A stretch of DNA of 64,000 bases from contig OU015567.1 of assembly GCA_907165135.1 (NCBI GenBank), positions 7,750,001-7,814,000 on the forward strand. The letters run 5' to 3'. A program made the translations under genes and the position numbers. The notes under the pieces were generated by a model, which saw only the letters and a program-made list of their open reading frames with translations, made no database searches and was not told the origin of the DNA. Of this stretch, positions 49,201-62,355 are shown piece by piece. This DNA is from Oikopleura dioica (Eukaryota; Animalia; Chordata). Within the stretch, counting starts at the first letter, position 1. Each line of letters starts with the position of its first letter.

Positions 49201-52200
49201 ACTTTTCGATTCCCTTTTCAAACAGGCTCACAAACCAAGTCAGTGAGTATTGGTACATGGGATCTATATTCGCCAAATCAGAAATCGTAAAGAAGAGAAT
49301 TGTGGAATGGATGGCGATAGGGGTGTATCCTTTTCTTGCCTCGTCAATTTTACGTTCAGTTACTTCGGCGATTGCCTGTTTTTCAGAGATTTCATTCGCA
49401 AGAACTTTCGAGCTGGAGAGGATCTTGATCGCCGTTTCATCTTCCAAAATATTTCCTTCGGAACTAGAGAGCACTTCCAAAATCTTGTCTTCAATTTCCT
49501 TGAGCTGTCGCTTGTTTTCAGCTCCTTGAAGAATCAGTTGGTTCTTTTCCTCTTCAAGGTCGGGTCTTTCCAAGGCAACAACGATTCCTAGAAGTTGATC
49601 TTGAAGGCCTTCTTTCGTGATCATAAAGTTGAGAAGTGTAACTTTGACGGATGTTTCTGGAAGATAATGTGGATTTCTGAGCTTGGTCGTGATATAAAAT
49701 CGGAAATCGTTCGAATATTCTAGCGTCGAGTCGCCAAGGCGGATGCACAAAGCGCCTCCTTGTTTAAACGTTTGCTTCAGCAACAGTGGCTCCAATATCG
49801 GATCAAGCTCTTCGCCAATGTCTTCTAAAAGAACAGGATTTCCAAACTGAATGCAGTTTTCAAGCGTCCTCACAAAATCTGTGTCAGTTAGTTTTATCAC
49901 GTGGAGATTGTTTGACTTCTCCATATTTTTGATCCACTTGTTTGCTTGACCCTGAGGATCAATCAGAAGTGGCCAGCGAGTAGAATTCGCGATGATGATG
50001 CCATTGTCGATCGAAAAGGAGTCTGAAGGCAGTCCAGCGATATTCCAAGCTCTTATTTTGACTGGATCGCCAAGGACGCCAGAAAGAGCGAATTTTTCAG
50101 AACAGGGTATTTTCTCAGCAATGCAAAGCTCTCGCCATTCTTTGATAGCGTCTTCTCTGTATACCGAGGTAAAAGCACCGAGATATGCAACAACTCCTGC
50201 TGAAATCAAAACGTCGCCTGTGAGGTTTTCGTACTGGATCCCAAGATTATGCGCCATTTCTGTCCATCTGTCTTTCTCTCCACCAAGTGATTCGATTAGT
50301 TGTTTGGCACGGACGAGCTTTTTGGAACAAAGATCGACTTGATTTTCCAAATCGCCTTTTTTCCTCTTGTTATTGATAAGCGTTTCTTGTAGAACCGCCA
50401 TTTTATCTTGGACCTCTTTGAGCTGGTCTTGCTTGGCCTTCAAAGCTTTCATCACAACTGCTAGCTCTCCTTCTGCTTCTTTGAGTTTTTCCTTCTTTGG
50501 TGCTACCACTTTCGCGACTTTGTCGTACGACTCAATTGCTCGGACCCATTTACAAATGCCCGCACATGCTGACGAAGCTTGAACGACCTTTTCTGGATGG
50601 AAATCTGGATGAGTGATGTATTTTGTTCGAATTTGCTTGATGTAAGCTGCTGGAATGTTGTCCTTGTCAAACTCAATAAGCGACTGAAGGAACTTCATAT
50701 CTCCAAGCATTCTCTTCGCCGGTCCCCAGTAGTCCTGAATCATTTGACCAGAGCCAGACGGATCTGGCTTCTTCTCTGGCTTGATACCTTTGAGCACACA
50801 AACGGCTTCAAGGATCAATTTGACGACAGCAGGAGGACTACCGAATTGCTTTACGACACCGATATCCTTTGGTGTCAGAGTGTTGAGGGCTGCCATGGCA
50901 CTTTCCAGAATAGGTATAGCTTCGGCAAGATCCGCGTCACATTCATCCTTGAATAGGTTAAATTGTGTCATAGAATTTATACGATTCTTCTTCTTTTTCT
51001 TTGATCTAATTATTATCGATGATTCTTTGTATATGCGACAAATGTAGGACATGGAAGAATATAAGATACGTAATAAAAAGTCTCTATGCCTCGATGATTT
51101 TTCAAAAGAGATTTTTAACCCATTCCTTAATCGCTTTAGCTGCCATTGCTTGCTCATTCGCAACGGCTTCATCTGCCCGCACAACTTTCTCCACTTTAGC
51201 GACTTCCACGCTTTCCTTTTCGACTTTGATCATAATTTTGTCAACTTCCTTCGACGACTCTACGAGCTGCGGTTGAAGAGCTTCGAGCTCGATTTGCATA
51301 GCTCCAACGGCTTCTGCTGCGGCGCCCAGTTTCTCCAATCCAACAATGTATCGATTCTTCATTTTGCTGATTTCCGTGCGTCTTTTGTCGAGCAAATTTT
51401 TATACGTAGAAATCAAGACAAGGTATGAGGTTGGTGTGACGTAGTTATGACGGCCAGCTTCATCTTTGAAACGGTCAGTGAGCCCACGTGACGATTGATG
51501 AAAGTTTTTACAAAGACGGACACAAGACGCTTTGTGCGCGTCACTCATCTCTACTTCCTCCATGAATTTCTGCGCAACAGAAGCGAGTGCATCGTCAGGC
51601 CAGCTTTGGAACCAATCAATCGTGCAACAATTAACGAGCGACGGGAACATTCTTTGATGAGATTTGACAACTATATTCTTGAGCAAGAATACAATAATTA
51701 TCTTTGAGAACATACAAATTGTATAATAAAATAAATTAAATCTCGTTCCTAAGACGCTCGACGAGCGCATCTCCGATCGGAGACATAGCCAGTACAATAT
51801 GAAGCTGGTCTTTGACTCTCTCAATAAACATGTTGAACAAGGCGAGCGGAGTTCCATCCGTTTGTAGCGCCTTATCACGCTGTTTGTCCAGTTGACGCAT
51901 TTTGTTAATGATTTCTTGTTTTTCATCAGCTGCGAATATGTTTGGAACTTCTCCAGCATTCAGCAAATTGTTAATATCTTCGAGGAAGGCTTCCTCCTTG
52001 ATTTGCGTATCAGTGAACAAGAAAACACCTTGTCAAAAGTTATTTATCGCTAATTCCAAATTAATTATCTTGCTTTATTTTTAACCAAAGAAGATGCTGT
52101 TCTTTTTGTTATAAATAAAAACTCTTTCCTTGTCGATCCGTAGCAGTCGCTTTCATCAAGATAACTTTCAGATCTTCTCGCCATTCTGTTAACCCGTAGC

Positions 52201-55200
52201 CTTTTCCGATTTCCACCTAGACGAAGCTCATAATAATATTTACTTTTTGATTATAATTTGCTTAATTTTCAAAAGAATAAATTCTTTTTCGAGTTAAAAT
52301 TTAACATGCTACTTGGTAAGCGTAAAATCTTGAGGTAGAAGTTGAGCCTTTCCTGGAAAAGCTCACAGTCCGCCATGAAAGCCGCCAGTCTAGTCAACGA
52401 CTGTCTGCCTGATCCACCAACGCCGACGAGCAGAGCATGGCCTCTTGGTTGCTTAAGAAGTCGCGAAATACGTGATATGTGCTCGATGGCAAAGCGGAAC
52501 AACACCAGGTTCATCGGTTTTTTATCAATTAAGTTGAATTCAGCAAGTTGCTCAGTGACGGTTTCTTTGAGCTCTTCAACATCTGGCACCTGCAGATAAT
52601 ATCCATTATCGTTTTTCGGGACAAAGTCGCAGAACATGAGAGAGCGCAGATCATCCTGCGTGATTGTTCCTTTATTCCCTTTTTGTTCAGATAAGAAATT
52701 GCTTTGCAAATTTTAATTCCACTTTGGCTTTTTTTATCCGTTCCTTGGTCATATTCATTGAAAAGGGATGCGAAGGAAGTTTTCAGATGTTCTTCTGTCA
52801 CTTTCTCGATCTTTTCGAATAGCCAGGCTTGATCTACGTCGTCTACAAGACGATCATAGTATACTCTTAGCACTTCGTGTACCCAAAGTTGCTTGATAGA
52901 ATCTGTTGTTGGGGCGCTAATCGGGTTTGAGAGGCAAACACCCTGAATTACTCTTGCGAAGTCGCGAAGGTTGAAAAGATAGTGCGATTTTTTCGGCGTT
53001 GGTAGAAGATTTTTAATCGTCGAGTGAAAGATTTCGAGGGTTCCGGAGATGATTGGTTTGATCAAATCAGAATACGTAGACTCGAACTGGTTCTTGATGT
53101 TGAAATGCCAGTCTAACATTCGACTGAAGATCGTGGACATGCTCGCATCGTCGAACTCGTTGATTGTGATGGTATTGAAATGACGTAAAAATCTGGCTGT
53201 GACTGGATTTCTTCCTCCACCAGCTGGGCCCATTGCACCCATGAACTGAATATCCACGAGATCAATCTGGTCAGAGTTGTGTTTATGTATTTTAAAATAT
53301 CTAAAATTATCTACTAGCTAAGTCTATTGACAACCAGCCTTGGTGCAATCTTTCAAGTCATACCAATTCCAGTGATCAAGGGCCTGGCGAACGAGCTCAA
53401 TCGGAGGCTGAGCTCCATATGTTCCGCGCATAGGCATATTTACGTCATCAATGAAGATAATTGTCTTCTTGCCCATCGGTGGACCGAAAACACCTTTGCG
53501 ACGTTTGTCCAGTTTGCTCATGATAATGTCCTGAGTTTGCTTCGATGTTGTTTGAGCGGAAAAATTGATGACTAGTGGGCGATATTTGTCCTATGCGGAG
53601 TACAGATGTGGATTAAAATGATTGATAGAATAATTTCGGTTAGATACGGTTAGATTTCGGCCATACGGTTGATATGATAATATCATAATTATAAAGATTA
53701 AAATGCACGAGACAATAATTTCGGTGTCAATATAATGGCGCGATGTCCCAATCAATTAATATTCATTATGGAGCATTATCAGCTGCTTGGCTGGCCACAA
53801 ATTGTACTCCGTCCCTGATCAAGATCTTTAACCAAATAATTGTTAACATAAACGGATTTTCCCGTTCCAGTTGGACCGACAAACAGTGAAGGCATTTTGT
53901 TTTGAGTAAGAATGTCCATGAGATATGTGTATCGAACTGTGTCTTGCGTTGGAACGACGATTTGATTGAAGTCAAGGCCAGCTGGAATTTTAGGACTATT
54001 TCTGAGCTCTTCGGTCCATCTTTCCCAACGACCAATTCCTTCTCGGATAAAGTTCCACGCATAAATGCTTTCAGTCTTTGGAATCGGAACGTAAAGAGAA
54101 CGTGTCGGAGATTCGACTTTTGTGATCATGTTGAATTTGCTCTTTGTTAATTCTGAGAGAGGGCCGTCGATCATTTCGCGAATGAGCATATCGAACTTTT
54201 CTCGACCTTCGCTGTTAATTCCTCCTCCAAGAGACCATGTGCACGAGAACAGGAATATTCCCTCAAGCCAGCTGTAAACATCTCGTTCGTGCATATCAGC
54301 TACTATCTTGGGGTCAGAGAGCTCTGTGAACTGACACTGCATCAATCTCATGCAAGAAACCGCCATATTCGTTTGACTTACTGGAGAGAGATGACGGACA
54401 CCCGACTTTCTATTGAATTCAAGCAAGGCTGGAAGATATCTATCCATCAATGCATTGAGGAATGTCTTCATTTCGGTCGAAAAGCTTTCCGGAAGCGTGT
54501 TCAGCCACGAAGCTGCCATCGGCTGCCAACCCAACATGTGAGGCTCCATGTAAATCATACCACAGCGAGAGACAGTAGCTGGCGATGCCACCTCTAAATC
54601 TTCCGGTTCGAAGATCAGATTCGTCGTGCTTGCCAGTTGGATGATTTCTCCCGACATCAGACAAAGCTTTTTGTTGTCGTCAAGTACTGTATTCATGTTC
54701 TCAATCCAAACCGCATCGACAGGTCCATCAAACATGAGCCATTTTCGATTTGGGTTTGTTGAAACTGCAAACTGACGATAAGACACGGCGAGGATACCAT
54801 CGGACCACTCGTGTGACACTGGATCGAACTGTCCGTACAGTTGTCCCATCGTGATCGATTTTGGGTTGATAACTGTAATTTCAACTTGATTTTCGAAATT
54901 ATGCCGTTCGTTGATGATTTTTAATGCTTTTGCCAACACCCTGTATGCTGACGTTTTTCCACCAAACGGATCTCCAACGATCATAAAACCGTGTCGGACG
55001 ATCATCATTTCATAAATTTGCAGAATTTTGTCAAGGAAAAATGACGGTAACTGAAGATTCATCTCGGTGCAAACTTCTTCGATTGCCTCTTCAAACATTT
55101 TGTAATCTGGCGGTGGAAGTTCTATGCCAGGGAATAAATCAGTCGTAATACCCTTGAAGAGAGGCAGATCTTGAGCCAAGAACTTCGGCAAGTTGACATC

Positions 55201-58200
55201 AATAATCGACCTGAGCATAAGAATATCTTCAACGTCATCTGGGTATTTGAGTTTTAGATTGCCTGCCGCTGTGAGGACAGACTTGACAGCTCTCATACCA
55301 TAATCATAGTGGCATTGCGAAGAGAGCTGTTCGGAACAGAGTCGATAAGTCGCCACAATTTTAACTGACAGCGGTCGAGCTCTGACGAATCCAAATGAGT
55401 AAAGTGAAATTTCAGAAATGAGTGCATAATCTGGTACCATCATAGCAACAGATCGGAAAAGCGCTTTCAAGTTATCTGGAAGCTCTGATCGACCAGCATA
55501 GCCGGGGTTCATGGTAATGAAGACTGCGCAAGTTGGATCCAACTTAATGTCTGTTCCTTCGAAGAGAATTCTGCTTGATCCGGCTCCGATTCCTCGTTGA
55601 ATGGTCATAATCTGCTGTGCGACGACTTTTATTAGTTCAAAGAACTTCAAAGTTCGTTCGTTAACATCGGTTTCGGGTTGCCGAAATGGTGCTGAAAATT
55701 AGCCCCTGCAATATGTGAATAATTGATATAAATAGATATCACATCTGATGATAACGAAATAGATACATGGTAATTTTATATGATTTGCTATGTTAGTTCA
55801 AAAACTTCAAAGTTGTTAATCTTTATACCAGCTGGCCGATATTCTGGTTGTTAAACAGAATAATGGTGCTAAAGTAAGCGCTGATGTGGTATGAAGTTCT
55901 CACTGGGTAAATTTGGAACGATTCAGTTAAATGATCCCAAAATGATTCTTGTTCAAATAACCATTTTAGGCGCAAAATGCAACAGTTGAAAAAACAGATG
56001 ATAATAAATTATTAATAATCAATGAACTGGCCTGAGAGTACTTCAAGATCGATTCGATTGAACTCGTCAAAGCAACTCCACGCACCACAAGAAGCTAGTC
56101 CTTTGAAGAACTTTCCAAGCGCAAGGTAGTCAAGACCATCTGAGCAATTGAATACAACGCACTGTTTCGCCACTGCTTTGGCCAAATCTTTAGTTGTTTC
56201 AGTTTTACCAGTACCAGCTGGTCCCTCTGGCGCTCCACCGAGATGAAGATTAAGCGCTCCAAATAATGTCCTGTAGCATCGATCGGTGAGTGGTGTGATG
56301 ACGAGACGTCCAGAGTTTCCGAGATACTCGTAGCCGTAGTTCAAGTATGCATTGATCATTCTAGTGACGAAGTGGTAGTCGCCGTTTCTGACCTCATCCG
56401 GTTCCCAGTAATATCGAAGCTGGGCCAGCCAGTCAAAATCATTCGGCTGATCAATCTTCTTGTTGATCAACACTTGCAGGACGTCACGAGCGTGAACATC
56501 GAGTACAACGAGAGCTCCAAGAGTAACTCGATTTTGCTTGCTCAGCTTGCCCCGGACAAGTGCGACAATCTCATTAATTTCCCCGTTGCATTGTTCCAAA
56601 TATTTTTCCATAGCCTCGTGACCTTCGACGATAGAATTGGTAACATTATCAGTCCAGTATTTTTGAGTCACGGCAAGAACAGCTTGTCCAGGGTATTCCC
56701 TGACCCACTGGCCTCTTGGCCGAGTCGGATAAGTTTCCAACCCGACGCCGCAGACCTTCCAAACTGAGTCAACCATGATCTCTTCTAATTCCAGAAGCCA
56801 CTTTTCAACCTGACCTCTTGCCTTCGAAGTTGATATTTCTTGCGAAAGCTTAACTTCTTCGCCTTCAGATGACAAAATGTGGGTAATGTCGAGAATGTCA
56901 GTGAAATTCAACTTCGCAACACCCTCGAAGCACTTTTTCAAATGCGGCTGAACACGAGTTGGATCTTTGGTTTCGGAGAGAATTTCCAAAAGCTCATCGT
57001 TTGACAAGAAGAAAAATCGAGGAAAGTAAAGTCGTTTCTTTTCGAGATACTCATTGAGTCCTTTCAAGATCATTTCGAGCAGTTGGTTGGAGCCAATCAG
57101 TCGCTCCAGTAGCTTGTCAATTTTAATAACAGCTAGAACATGCTGATCTTGAAGGGCGACTTTGATGATTTCTCGCCAGGTTTTATCAACTTTTGTAAAA
57201 CGACGTCCTTCTTCCGGCATTTGCGCCATGATATCGGGCGAGGAAAAGATTGGTTCAAGGTAAAGCCAGGTTGCTTGTACCTTTAGCCACTCGTCAAGAA
57301 CTTCTTGAGTGAGCAACAATTTGCTCTCCCAGTCCTTAATCTCTTCCTCGAACGGCTTTATAAAAGGACTTCCCCGCATCGTCTGAGTTTTGACAATGTG
57401 ATCATCAAGAAGCATTTGAATATCATCGACGCCAGAGAGGATAGATGTTCCAGTCTCTCGATAAGGCAGCAAGGTAAAGCAAACATCGTCCCATTCGATG
57501 ATCATCTTTTCCATTGCTTTTTCGAGAGAATACTCTTTCGAAGCAGATTCCGAAACGGCATCAAATTGTTCGAGATATTTTCCAAGATCCATTTTGAGAT
57601 ACTGTTCGACATTGCTGTTATATGCTTTTCAAGGAAATATTTGATGTGTTATTATAAATATTAAGAAAATGACCGTGGTGGACTACCAGGTCATCAACAA
57701 GCTGTCATGATTTATTTGGAGATCGTATTTGACATATTGCACCTCAAAAATTATATTACCAATATTGGCAATAAACTTGAAGCACGATCCTTGATTCGTC
57801 GGGAGCAAAATTGTCAACACCAACTATTTCTGCCATTTTAGTCCAGTGACGTTCGCGCAGACCAGGATTGCAAATTGTCGAAATGATCGGTAGATTTTCT
57901 TTGAATTCATCAACGATAGATTTTGTCGCCGTTGCGATGGATTTTGCTTTTGGATTGTCACCAAGTTCTTTTTCCAGTTTATAAAGAGCTCTCCAGGTTC
58001 CGCTCACCTCCTTAATTATTTACTTAAAGAAAGGGCGGATTATTATTTATGTACCTGCTCAATGTCATCTGGGTTCATTTTGGTCATATCTCCGTGCATC
58101 CACTTATCATGATTCGCCACAAATGTAGCGCAAGTCTCATACAGCCTTCCATATGGAGCCAAATTCTGAGACACCTCAGTTCTCAGTGGATACGCTGAGA

Positions 58201-61200
58201 CTTCCCATCCATACGCTTCTTCTTCTAAATTGAACTGGTCAATGGTCTCGAGAGCCTTATCGAGCTTCTGCTGTAGTTTTTGAGCTTTCTGATGGTATTT
58301 GTCAACTTGGTTCGGATCCGCAAAGCCTTTGAACTCTTCCAGTTGTCGTTGGTAGGATTCGAGGTCTTCTTGAAATCGTGCACGCCTGTTTTTCAGCTCA
58401 TCCTGATACACATTCGTCTTGTCAGCGATGATGCTTTCGTGATCGACGAAGACCTTTTCAATCCTGCTTGGCCAGGTGAAAACATCAGAATTGAGCCTAA
58501 CGTCGCGAGGGGCCATTTGCGTCTCTCCACAAAGAAAGAGAAGGCGATCTTTTGTATGACGAAGATCTTTTTCGATCTGCGCCATTTTGCCTCCTGGAGC
58601 TCTTATAGCTTTGATTTCTTCTGAAAGAGCCATGAGGTCCTCGGTATCTTTCGGCGTAGAAAGTGCTTTTCTTGAGATTCCATCGAAATCAGAACAGAGT
58701 GCTTCAGTCAATTTGACGTGATCATCTTTCATTCGATCGACAAACTTGGCAATTATTTCTTCGACGCGCTTGGACAGACTTCTGATGAGCTCAGAACTGT
58801 GAAGCTCGAACATGCCGAACTGAATTATTCGGGGCTCTTCGTAAAGAATTTGGTTCAAAGCTCCGCGATAGTTCTTTATTTGCTTTTGGTACTCGCGGAA
58901 TGTGTGCTCTTCAGATAGAAACTTGTCCACTTTCTCGTTTGCTTCGCAGGAGATGAGCGGCTTGTACTTCTTTAAAACTTAATTTTCTTGTTTAAAAATA
59001 GTCGAATTTATAGATCTCAATTAATCTTAATGGGTCATTTTTAATGGCATAATGACTCATTTATAATATGCTCATTATTTTTTAAAATCGAAGACAGTAT
59101 ATCGATTTAGATTACTGATAGATGACACTGTTTTGAAACAGCGCCATCATTAAAAAACTATAAATACTGATCTTTGATTTCGTTTTCATAGACAACCTCG
59201 AAAAAGAAAAACAACAAGGATGAATATATTTTTGGGACTTTTTAGCTTGTTCGGTGCTTCAGCTGCTTTGAGGATGATGAAACGCAGCGGGTAAGGAAAA
59301 TAGGCGAAATTATAAAATGAAAAAAATTTAAGGCCAAGTGAAAGTGCTATTGACGATGCATCTGATGTCAATTTTAATTTGATGTTCGTGTGCGATATTT
59401 TATTGAGCTAAGAGGCCAATGCACTTTGAATGAATCATTCAAATAAGGGCACTACGAGGCTATAATTCGAGCTGCCCTAACCCTAACCCAAGCGGTCTTA
59501 CAGTGTAAGACTTACACCATGTTCAAAATCATATCGCACACGCCAAATCTGATTGAGCTTTTGAAATTGATGGAAAACGATCCGGAACGATTTGCTGATG
59601 ATGAAGGGCCAGCTCGAGGATGGGGTGGACAACGAGTTCTCGAGTTTTAATTTCTATTTTCTTCTTTGTTTTCAAAAAATCCTTGCCTGCGACATATCTT
59701 TAGGAAAAACCTAAACTATTTTATTTTCATTTCTCGCAAAATAAAATCAAGATATTTTACAGTTTTCTTCCTTGATTTCAACTGTATAACACTTACGGTA
59801 TGCCTTTTATTATGCGCATGCTTAATCACATGTCTACGAGTTACAGACATTTTATCGAACTTGAAACCTTAACTAATGCAATTATAATGATAATGAGCAA
59901 TATAAGAATGCATTAGCAGGCTCAGTGACCGTAAACTGACACGTGACTGGCATGAAAAGCAGAAGCAAAATACGTTTTTAGCGGATATTAATCATTAAAA
60001 ATTCTGAGGTAAATGGCGAATCATTTACCTTTTTCTAAATGCTCTTGTGGCTTTTTAGAAGCCTCATTGATGACGCTGTCGATCATGACCTTGGCTCCTT
60101 TGACAATATTCGGAAGAATGATCGGTCGTAGATTTCCCGTGTCACCAGCGCGGCTTGTGAAAGGTTTCTCCGAGTACAACTTCGTCTCGACTCTTGGGAC
60201 CTGGTTCACTCCTGATGCGATGACGTCGGTAATGCTTCGCATGTACTGGTGGAAATCGGACATTTCAGGCTCGAATTTCACCTGTTCTCCGTCGATGACA
60301 AGCCGAATAACGAATGAAAACTAAAGTTCCTTTTTTAGGATGAGAAAATACTGGTTACTTACGGTTGAATCTGGCTCCTGTGAATGCTTGATAAGAGTTT
60401 TGTAGTCATAGATGGAGTCAAGTGCGAGATTTTGAAGCTGGCGAGTAAGCAAAGTCGCGGTACTCTCAAAAAAGCCACACAGCTGTTTTGACTTCATATT
60501 CTGCAGCGAGTCGTTCTTTTTGTTGTACGCGTAGAAGACATTTTGAACTTCAGGAAACCAATTTCGAAGGAGCTTGTCTTTAGTTCCGTCAATGTGGCTC
60601 ATTGCTTGCGAGTGAAAGTTTTCTAGTTCGATTGCTTCAGTCATTGCTTTGAAATCGCCCGTTTGGATCAATCTTAGGCTCTGGAAGCCTGTTTCCCAAA
60701 GTTTGAGTAGATCTCCATGAATGGGTCTTGTAAATGGAAACAGGTAGTTTTTGCATGCGTCAGTTGCTGCAGCAAAATTTGCCTCTGTTTCGGGAGTTTT
60801 TCTACGACATTCGATTCGATGAGCAGTGAGAAAATCATTTTTGTTCTTCTTTTTTCTTCGTCTTCATCGTTTATGATAGTGACCTTATTTAGATTGAATA
60901 TAATCTGTATAATTATTTTTCGATCAAAAAGCTCTTTGAAGTAATGCTATATCAAGCCGGTTTCTCACGTATCAAAGCCATATCGGTTTAAAGCGGGTTA
61001 CAAAAATTAAAGTAAATCCAATAATCAGTCCCCTCGGTGACATTCAGACAATCTGTCTGACCCAGAAGTTTCGAGTCCTGATTATATAATGACCAGGGAA
61101 TAAAAGACAATTAACTTAAATTTATGGAAGAATACTGAATATTCAACTTTCCTGTCGATTATCCTTCAGGACGAAGTCAACGATTGCCTTCTTCACACTC

Positions 61201-61774
61201 AGCAAATAATCTTCTCGAATAGTTTCGTTCAAGTCTCGGAGTTCTTTTTCATATTGCTTATATTTTAGAATATCGGGCACATGGTTGAAGATCTCGTCGA
61301 GCCAGGATTCTTCTAGTGGGGCGACGTTGGAAGTATCAAATCCGTGCTGAATGTAGTAATAGTATCGTAAAATATCGATCTTTGTCTTTCCATCAGCTTC
61401 TGTTTTAGAGGGTCCTCAAGTGATATGCTAATTTGAACAAGGCCTGAATCTGACTATTTACTGAATTCGAAATTTCTCGATTTTAACCCTCTCCTGTCGA
61501 GCCCGCTTCGGCTAATGCTTGACAAAGCTCCTCTCGAAAAGTCTTTCTGTCCCTCTTTTTTGGTTCCTTGGTCCTTTTCGTCTTCTTTTGCGGCTCCATT
61601 TGCTCCAGAGTTGAAAGAGTGCTCTTTTCTGACTCTGGCGGGAAGAATAAAAGTGGATCGGAAGATGTCCATTTGGAGCTTTATTTTTGTTTATGAGTTT
61701 TTTCTGGTTGGAACTTACGTGGAAGTTTTGGAGAAGAGTCCGCTACTGGGGCCCCTTCTCTTCTTATCCGGCAT
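46241..61774 (-). CDS. DNAH7: Axonemal inner-arm dynein heavy chain 7 (about 22 exons)
   Basis: [11 protein letters not shown]; P-loops [33 protein letters not shown]; stalk/MTBD; C-terminal STTGHSTNF...[14 protein letters not shown], resembling DNAH7 as recalled. Start codon approximate. Confidence 0.9.
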
Positions 61775-62355
61775 TTTTAATCTCTTTTTGGGTCACATGA
61801 AAATCAAACACAAAGAGCAATAAGTAACTCTATTACAGGAGTACTGTTAAGTATTTAATTTCTCGAAGCGTCCTATTTAGTTTACGCTCGCACTCAATAA
61901 TGCTCAGGTCGCCATGGTGATTCCCATAATCTGATCGCTTCAACAAGCAGCTCCTTGAGCCGATTGACACTTTTCTTAGTCACACTTTTTACTTTTATAA
62001 TATAAATTTCATGCTAGTTAATTCAAATCATAATGTTTGTGTTATATTCAGAATTTTTGAAAAGTACCCTTTCAAAAAAAAAATTTAGCCTCTGGTTCCC
62101 GACAAAAAAAATAAAAAATTATAACAAACTCATTATTTTAGGTTATAATTGTTTAGAAATATGGTACTTGAAACTTTGAAGAAAAGAAAACTTACTTTTA
62201 AAAAGGATCAGAGTCAAATTCCGGCAGTCAAATTCGGGCGGTTTCCTGAAGATGTGTGTAAGAAAGTCAGCGCCTAGCTTAGAGGCGATATCGGATTGCA
62301 ACTGCGAGAAATGCAATTCTGAAAAAGCTGGTGTCAGTCCCGGCCGACGCCAATC

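Noticed and set aside
59474-59490. Interstitial telomeric repeat (CCCTAA)n, also GGTTAGGGTTAGG near 12857
   Set aside because: Only about two units each; too short to be meaningful.
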